A stretch of 32,000 bases of DNA from Ruminococcus albus 7 = DSM 20455 (GTDB taxonomy: Bacteria > Bacillota > Clostridia > Oscillospirales > Ruminococcaceae), in the NCBI RefSeq assembly GCF_000179635.2, contig NC_014833.1, positions 3,180,001 through 3,212,000 of the forward strand, read 5' to 3'. Below are positions 27,601 through 32,000 of the stretch, piece by piece. The notes beneath the pieces are model-generated. The model saw only the letters and a list, made by a program, of their open reading frames with translations, was not told where the DNA came from and made no database searches. The translations under genes were made by a program, and so were the position numbers. Numbering within the stretch: the stretch's first letter is position 1; every line of letters begins with the position of its first letter.

Positions 27601-28907
27601 CCAATCAGGTCACAACTGATAAAGAGGCATACTACGAATATGAAGACGTAAATATCTTCGATAGAATACACAATAATTCTGACATCAGAGCTGCAAAGGG
27701 ACTTACAAATGTAATTACCATCGCGGATTCTGAGGGCAATGTAATCACAGAATACTCTAAAACTCTTAGTGAGATCATGACAAAAAGCTATGTCGAGGTT
27801 TCAGAGATATGGAATATTGCAGATCAGCCCGAAGGACAGTATACTATAATTTCCAATGTTTACGATGGTGACATATTGGTGTCTGAAAGCCAGGCTGTTT
27901 TCGAAGTAATGAATCATGAACTGCCACAGTATGAGCTGACAGGTTATCTGAATACATCAGGTAAGCTGTTTAAGGCTGATGAGACTATTGATATAACCAG
28001 ATATATCGAAAATATTGGAAGATACGATATTGAAAATGGAACGATCAATATCAAGATCATAGACGTAGCACATGAAAAGGTAGTCTATGAAAGAGAAGAA
28101 GTTATTGACCTCTCCATTGGAGAAAACAATACAGATTCATTCAGTGTTGTTCCTGCAAATGATTTCACTTCAAGAGGCGGTAAGGAATACCTTATCACTT
28201 ATGAAGTAACAACAGAGAACGGTCAGACAATTGAATTACCGGGCGATGGCTTTATGCTTGACGGCTTTGATTTCTCATTTATGGGAGTCGACGTTCTGTT
28301 TTCTATGAATGATGATGCGTCAATAAAGGGTATTCAGATGAACGGCTGGCTTATGAATGTATACGGCAGTATGCACTCAAATTCCAATGTTGAAGCAAAC
28401 TGCTCTATTATTACAGTCGAAGGTGATTGTTCATCAGTATCAGGAGCACAGTTCAATACTTGGCAGACACTGCTTGAAAATGATCCGATCACTTCTGAGT
28501 TTATTGAATTCCCTGATGTACTGAGTGTAATTAAATCGAGATTAGAGGAAACAATACTCAGCATTGAAAACGGCTGGACAAGTGAGAACGAAAATGAATT
28601 CAGGATCTACGGAAACAGTGTTGTAGCTGACTCTGATATATTCAGCAGTAAATCCCTGATCATTGATCCCAGCAACTGCTTTGCTTCATCATCCGATGAA
28701 GGTATCCTTATTTGCAGTGAAAAAGATATAACTATCAGGTCAACTGATGTGGATATCAAGGGTATTATCTATGCTCCAAACGGAACAGTAAGGATCGAAT
28801 CAAACAACTTCAATATTCACGGAAGGATCATTGCTAAGAATATCATATTCCAGGGTAGTATCTTTAATGGTGAAACATTTGATCGAGATTTGAACCAGTT
28901 TAATTAA
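24657..28907 (+). CDS. 1416-aa secreted multidomain protein: prenyltransferase/terpene-cyclase-like (alpha/alpha toroid) repeats, Ig-like modules, lectin-like insert, beta-helix-like C-terminus
   Basis: AGGAGG SD. Signal-peptide-like MNLLKRGIAILTTHFVLSMSIHCGA. Three QNxDGGF-type repeats (SIQNPDGGFG, SLQNEDGGFS, LQAEDGGVF) lie at about 25050-25515. The C-terminus is ..IKGIIYAPNGTVRIESNNFNIHGRIIAKNIIFQGS.. Confidence 0.8.
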   Translation: MNLLKRGIAILTTHFVLSMSIHCGAISHDPINPVKSFDELIDNSLIYFSKTQNYENAWVKNNRDYTSEIINTLEYIYTNVNFINDNQIMFLKMMVNDSADYIWENDYNNIDDVAKYLLVDEIVDDSAITWILSIQNPDGGFGLDEGYTSDIIDTKLALKALTDIGETEAMTNAALYIASLQNEDGGFSYQQGLSSNAYLTADIANILVDTIDVNPVLSYYLEDTFKALDGYLDTTFPALKDLSAYDLDTVYQHFYSALYSLKRDGRYDVSAYYALQAEDGGVFDDPLATALYLELLVREQNALVANIDNIAITNYKGYAVSAFNSNENVNISVINEFETNKAHFEMSIIKPDGTAIPLDGDKAVWNTAENPDGEYTVRAEIIRDSNDEVAKSFEQTFRIQHRLAVDSITLALSQPYSRVGDTDPVDVTAEFDISNFTEDDQLSINWTVTDVSGTVISEDTVDITEADVAMNYIQLGSFTPDTSERNAYIIKAELMSGENQIAQTTTNYFVSDKSVAITYSTDKDYLTEIDDNAEVTLNLRDERVVDLIFTTSSENTDLIDKYAAEIETIKDKLESMGYIVNLSNVSTSFLSAKDAHEWIEYDHPGYDTQTGYTKHIVSDKTNIQMLGYRYVPYKDFLFVPDENDSQKIFTFDIQRDKTDWHSMNGGGFLFNTEIDSEANTISGYYVLIMRDGLRLYELDKVNLDTFRNNGYAGKAIQKFQFKDVYAEHHIKIVANSDTVSLWDGDDIVIDNAELPNIHGNGYGPITSHASHSCSQRSYFTFANITMQTIKGEKLLNVLDNYNFESDNSRYVISLSDTPIEDLDDEEVQKNVAQKIVDKNITFIGLGDEDSTEQYRRIAQLIPDNASFYEYSDKTAVNTIKKNIIDTEEAKRILNPDAVVATDLTITGELPDGSSFVQQYDKLHEGETISFVVPVDLNNLTSGIDAILLKNIRLDYTDENNIARVKTLDKITLPVIGSEGKITNQVTTDKEAYYEYEDVNIFDRIHNNSDIRAAKGLTNVITIADSEGNVITEYSKTLSEIMTKSYVEVSEIWNIADQPEGQYTIISNVYDGDILVSESQAVFEVMNHELPQYELTGYLNTSGKLFKADETIDITRYIENIGRYDIENGTINIKIIDVAHEKVVYEREEVIDLSIGENNTDSFSVVPANDFTSRGGKEYLITYEVTTENGQTIELPGDGFMLDGFDFSFMGVDVLFSMNDDASIKGIQMNGWLMNVYGSMHSNSNVEANCSIITVEGDCSSVSGAQFNTWQTLLENDPITSEFIEFPDVLSVIKSRLEETILSIENGWTSENENEFRIYGNSVVADSDIFSSKSLIIDPSNCFASSSDEGILICSEKDITIRSTDVDIKGIIYAPNGTVRIESNNFNIHGRIIAKNIIFQGSIFNGETFDRDLNQFN

Positions 28908-28937
28908 CGGTAGACTACAAATAATAAATGACCTACT

Positions 28938-28975
28938 AAAAAGTGCAGCAGACCAACATCTGCTGCACTTTTGTT
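28938..28975 (+). terminator. rho-independent terminator of the island operon
   Basis: 11-bp perfect stem agtgcagcaga / tctgctgcact (28942-28952 / 28959-28969) with loop ccaaca, followed by TTTGTT. Confidence 0.8.
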
Positions 28976-29158
28976 ATACGTAAGCGTATAACCCCCAGCA
29001 CCTACCCCACCGAAGTCTAATAAAGTATAATAAACTCCAAGGAACACCATGAAGTAAATTGAATAATCCAAATTGATCCATGGAGTTCATTGGAGACGAT
29101 TAGACAAGGAGGTAACAGGTATGGACAAAACAACATCCATCACAACAATCAAAAAGAA

Positions 29159-29437
29159 ATGCAGCTTCAGGAATGGTCTGCGCAGATCAAAGCACAGCAG
29201 GCAAGCGGTCTGACGATCCGGGAATGGTGCAAAGAAAAAGGGATCAAGCCAAACACGTATTACAACCGCCTAAGAAAAGTTCGTGAAAAGTATATCGAAA
29301 ATTCTCCGACCATCGTTCCTGTATCAGTTCCTTGCTCAAACGAAAATATCCGCATTGAGAAAAACGGACTTCAAATATCTCTTCCGGCAGATATATCTGC
29401 GGACACTCTGACCGCTTTGGTGCATGAGCTATGCTGA
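29159..29437 (+). CDS. tnpA: IS66 accessory protein TnpA (OrfA), conservative start
   Basis: ..EWSAQIKAQQASGLTIREWCKEKGIKPNTYYNRLRKV.. is a typical IS66 OrfA HTH. ATG 29159 has no SD. A strong SD plus ATG at 29121 is in the +1 frame relative to this ORF (see finding). The track start at 29090 is a TTG. Confidence 0.7.
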   Translation: MQLQEWSAQIKAQQASGLTIREWCKEKGIKPNTYYNRLRKVREKYIENSPTIVPVSVPCSNENIRIEKNGLQISLPADISADTLTALVHELC

Positions 29438-29787
29438 ATGATCTGGCAGCGGACGCACAGGTCTATCTTGTTACGGGATACACCGACCTTCGACGCGGGA
29501 TAGACGGACTTGCGACTATCGTTCAGGCTCAGCTTCGACTTGACCCGTTCTCGAAAGCATTGTTTTTGTTCTGCGGCAGACGTTGTGACCGCATCAAAGG
29601 TCTGCTGTGGGAGGGCGATGGTTTTCTGCTGTTGTACAAGCGCCTTGACAACGGAAGATTCCAGTGGCCGCGCAGTGAGACCGAAGCAGTAATGCTCACA
29701 TCTCAGCAAATTCGCTGGCTTCTGGAAGGCTTGAAAATAGAGCAGCCGAAGGCTATCCGTGAGGGAAAGCCGGGGGCGCTGTATTAA
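29431..29787 (+). CDS. tnpB: IS66 TnpB (Orf2)
   Basis: ..VYLVTGYTDLRRGIDGLATIV......LFLFCGRRCDRIKGLLWEGDGFLLLYKRLDNGRFQWP.. is the IS66 Orf2 signature. It overlaps the tnpA stop by 7 nt. Confidence 0.9.
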   Translation: MLNDLAADAQVYLVTGYTDLRRGIDGLATIVQAQLRLDPFSKALFLFCGRRCDRIKGLLWEGDGFLLLYKRLDNGRFQWPRSETEAVMLTSQQIRWLLEGLKIEQPKAIREGKPGALY

Positions 29788-29879
29788 GGCAATACTTACC
29801 GAATATTCAGAATATGTGCTTGAAAAGCCCCTCTTTTCGTGGTATCATTAAAGTATCATCACGAACGGAGGGGTGCTTT

Positions 29880-31391
29880 ATGTCCGAACCAAATATGACA
29901 TCGGAAATTGTATCGCTCCGTAATGAAAACGCTGTTCTCAAGGAAGAACTAGCACTTGCCAATCAGCAGTTAGCGTGGTTCAGAAAGCAGATATTCGGAA
30001 GAAAAACAGAGCAGACATCTGTTGTTATGGAAAAGGAGTTCGGTGTTCAGCTTTCCATGTTCGGAAACAATGAAGAAAAATCCGCAGCTAAATCTGCCGA
30101 AACAATTACTGTTCCCGAACACAAGCGCAAGAAAAAACGCACTCACGATGAATGGATGAACAATCTGCCTGTAAAAGAAGAACATCACAAAATTGACAAC
30201 CCGGTATGCGAAATATGCGGCGCCGAAATGGAAGAACTGACTCCCGAAAAGGCTTACGATGAACTTATATTTACGCCGCCAAAATATCATATCCGCAGGC
30301 ATATAGTACATAAGTACAAGTGTCCCGAGTGCGGAGAAAAGCCCGAAGAAAGGGACGAACCTTGTCATATCATCCGTGCGCCATATCCTCACGCTATGAT
30401 CCCGGGAAGCTATTGCTCTCCCGAACTTCTGGCTCATATCATCTACGAAAAATATGCAAAGTCAGTACCTCTGCACCGTCAGGAAAAGGACTTTAATTCC
30501 AAAAACATACCTCTGCTCAAAGCGACTATGTCTAATTGGGTAGGCACTGCTGCCGAAAAATGGTGTTTGCCGATTGTGGAGAAAATGCATGAGACGCTTA
30601 TCGCAGGGCAGATGATCCATGCCGATGAAACGACCGTTCAGGTGCTTCACGAGGAAGGCCGAAAGCCTACCACGACATCAAGAATGTGGGTCTACTGCAA
30701 CGGCAAAATGAATGACAGGAGCATCATCATTTTCGATTATCAGCCGACACGAAAGGGTGAGCACGCCTCGAATTTCCTGAAAGGATTTATCGGCTATCTT
30801 ATCTGTGACGGATACGATGCCTACAATGCAGTCGAGGGTGCTAAGCGATGCGGCTGTATGACTCATGCAAGGCGTGGTTTTATTCAGGCTCTTCCGAACG
30901 ACCAAAAGCTGCACAGCACTTCTGTTGCGGCAAAGGCAGTAGAATATTTCAACAAGATATATCACGAAGAAAATCTGCTTGCCGACAGCTCCACAGAATA
31001 CAGATATAAACAGCGCCTTGTGAAGGTAAAGCCTTTGCTTGACGAGTTTTTTGCGTGGCTTGAAAATGTTCAGGTCAGTGGTAAGGGCAAGCTGACAGAT
31101 GCAGTAAGATATGCGTTGAATGAACGGAAATATCTTTACACGTTTCTTGAAAACGGAGACGTGCCTATCGACAACAACAGAGCCGAAAACGCAATAAGAC
31201 CGTTTGCGTTAGGCCGAAAAAATTGGCTGTTTTCAAATACAGCAAACGGAGCCAGATCAAGTGCAACGCTGTATTCGATCATTTCAACTGCACAGGCGAA
31301 CGGTGTTGATGCTGAGAAATACCTGACCGAGCTGTTTTCACAGCCTGCGGGGACGATATTATTACCATGGAGGGAAGAAAATGAAACTTAG
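29880..31391 (+). CDS. tnpC: IS66-family DDE transposase TnpC
   Basis: GGAGGGG SD upstream of ATG 29880. N-terminal leucine zipper (LRNENAVLKEELALANQQLAWFRKQIFGRKTE), zinc finger CEICGAEM...CPECGEK, catalytic core IHADETTVQVL, C-terminal NNRAENAIRPFALGRKNWLF. Confidence 0.9.
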   Translation: MSEPNMTSEIVSLRNENAVLKEELALANQQLAWFRKQIFGRKTEQTSVVMEKEFGVQLSMFGNNEEKSAAKSAETITVPEHKRKKKRTHDEWMNNLPVKEEHHKIDNPVCEICGAEMEELTPEKAYDELIFTPPKYHIRRHIVHKYKCPECGEKPEERDEPCHIIRAPYPHAMIPGSYCSPELLAHIIYEKYAKSVPLHRQEKDFNSKNIPLLKATMSNWVGTAAEKWCLPIVEKMHETLIAGQMIHADETTVQVLHEEGRKPTTTSRMWVYCNGKMNDRSIIIFDYQPTRKGEHASNFLKGFIGYLICDGYDAYNAVEGAKRCGCMTHARRGFIQALPNDQKLHSTSVAAKAVEYFNKIYHEENLLADSSTEYRYKQRLVKVKPLLDEFFAWLENVQVSGKGKLTDAVRYALNERKYLYTFLENGDVPIDNNRAENAIRPFALGRKNWLFSNTANGARSSATLYSIISTAQANGVDAEKYLTELFSQPAGTILLPWREENET

Positions 31392-31920
31392 TAATGAAGA
31401 TGCAAAGCTGTTTTATGAACTGTTTTTTCCACTGCTTGACTATGTGAACAGAGAATATCATATACTTCCTGAGGAAGATTATTTCGGGCAAGGAATGATC
31501 GACCCACAGGACGCTGCGGAGGTTGCCCACTTTTTATGGGAACGGACATGGATCATTGATGATTATCTTGAGCGATCGGATCTGCCCGAAGAACACATGG
31601 AGATACTTAAAAGCTGGAAAGGGTGCATCACCGGCAGATTTATCATTGAGCGACATTGGAAAAAGGGATCGGTATTTATATCGATCGATGACAATTCTGT
31701 TTTTCTTGTAAACGGCATTGTCAGCAGTTGGGAGGAAATGCTGAGAAATGCACCGATGCCAACTTTGCTTGATGCAGCGCTTCTGCCATTTAAAAATGCG
31801 ATCATTTCCGATGGCCTGGTATCTGTTATGCCGATCATATTCGGTCCGAACAGCAAAGCTGATTTCAAAGAAATATACATGGACGCAAAGAGAAATGGAG
31901 AAATCAAAGCCAGAATATGA
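31381..31920 (+). CDS. uncharacterised 179-aa protein carried inside the IS66 element (fourth ORF)
   Basis: ATG 31381 overlaps the tnpC 3' end by 11 nt and has GGAGGG 6 nt upstream. It lies inside the right inverted repeat. I recognise no motif. Confidence 0.65.
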   Translation: MKLSNEDAKLFYELFFPLLDYVNREYHILPEEDYFGQGMIDPQDAAEVAHFLWERTWIIDDYLERSDLPEEHMEILKSWKGCITGRFIIERHWKKGSVFISIDDNSVFLVNGIVSSWEEMLRNAPMPTLLDAALLPFKNAIISDGLVSVMPIIFGPNSKADFKEIYMDAKRNGEIKARI

Positions 31921-31925
31921 TGTTA

Positions 31926-31960
31926 CGGCCGGGTGTTATCTGCCCGGCTGTTTGCTTTTA
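31926..31960 (+). terminator. terminator-like hairpin inside the IS66 right end
   Basis: Stem gccggg / cccggc (31928-31933 / 31943-31948) followed by TGTTTGCTTTT. Confidence 0.45.
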
Positions 31961-32000
31961 TGATGCGGGGGGTTATACGCTTACTGTTATACCACGAGAA

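Larger units (their letters stand above)
28980..31984 (+). mobile_element. complete IS66-family element (3005 bp) with four ORFs
   Basis: IRL is GTAAGCGTATAACCCCC.. at 28980; the rc of the right end (..31984) is GTAAGCGTATAACCCCC.. (17/17, about 21/23 overall). The 8-bp TSD TGTTATAC is at 28972-28979 and 31985-31992. tnpA/tnpB/tnpC are in the canonical order. Confidence 0.9.

Overview
The window looks like a Clostridia-type chromosome (Ruminococcaceae-like protein flavour; this is inference) and has three parts. (1) 1-19.6 kb is relatively GC-rich and mostly minus-strand. It holds a MacB/FtsX-type ABC exporter with a very long coiled-coil ectodomain, and a divergent AAA+ (MoxR-like) ATPase / membrane-anchored TSP3-vWA pair. 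It also holds a small wall-anchored secreted protein, enolase, and an ECF-type sigma factor whose overlapping anti-sigma gene is split by an IS1595-family element. Upstream of the sigma gene is a 3x 83-bp tandem repeat in which each copy carries an ECF-type promoter motif. The rest is a GH43 gene, a frameshifted type-B carboxylesterase, a HAD hydrolase and a P-loop kinase-like gene. (2) 19.6-29.0 kb is a visibly AT-rich plus-strand island and is the most interesting part. It encodes a 1305-aa membrane-anchored protein with a Cys-less transglutaminase-like core, hydrophobic helices, GEGT repeats, a Hint (PT-HINT/BIL) domain and a ~140-aa C-terminal toxin tip. A 119-aa immunity candidate and a 1416-aa secreted multidomain protein follow. 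The toxin/immunity junction carries interleaved diverged direct repeats (A-B-A'-imm-B') that create a 42-aa chimeric ORF translationally coupled to the immunity gene. (3) 28980-31984 is a complete IS66-family element with an 8-bp target duplication, inserted just after a terminator hairpin and carrying a fourth, uncharacterised ORF. I recognised no rRNA, tRNA or CRISPR array. All functional calls rest on motifs read by eye; no database search was possible.
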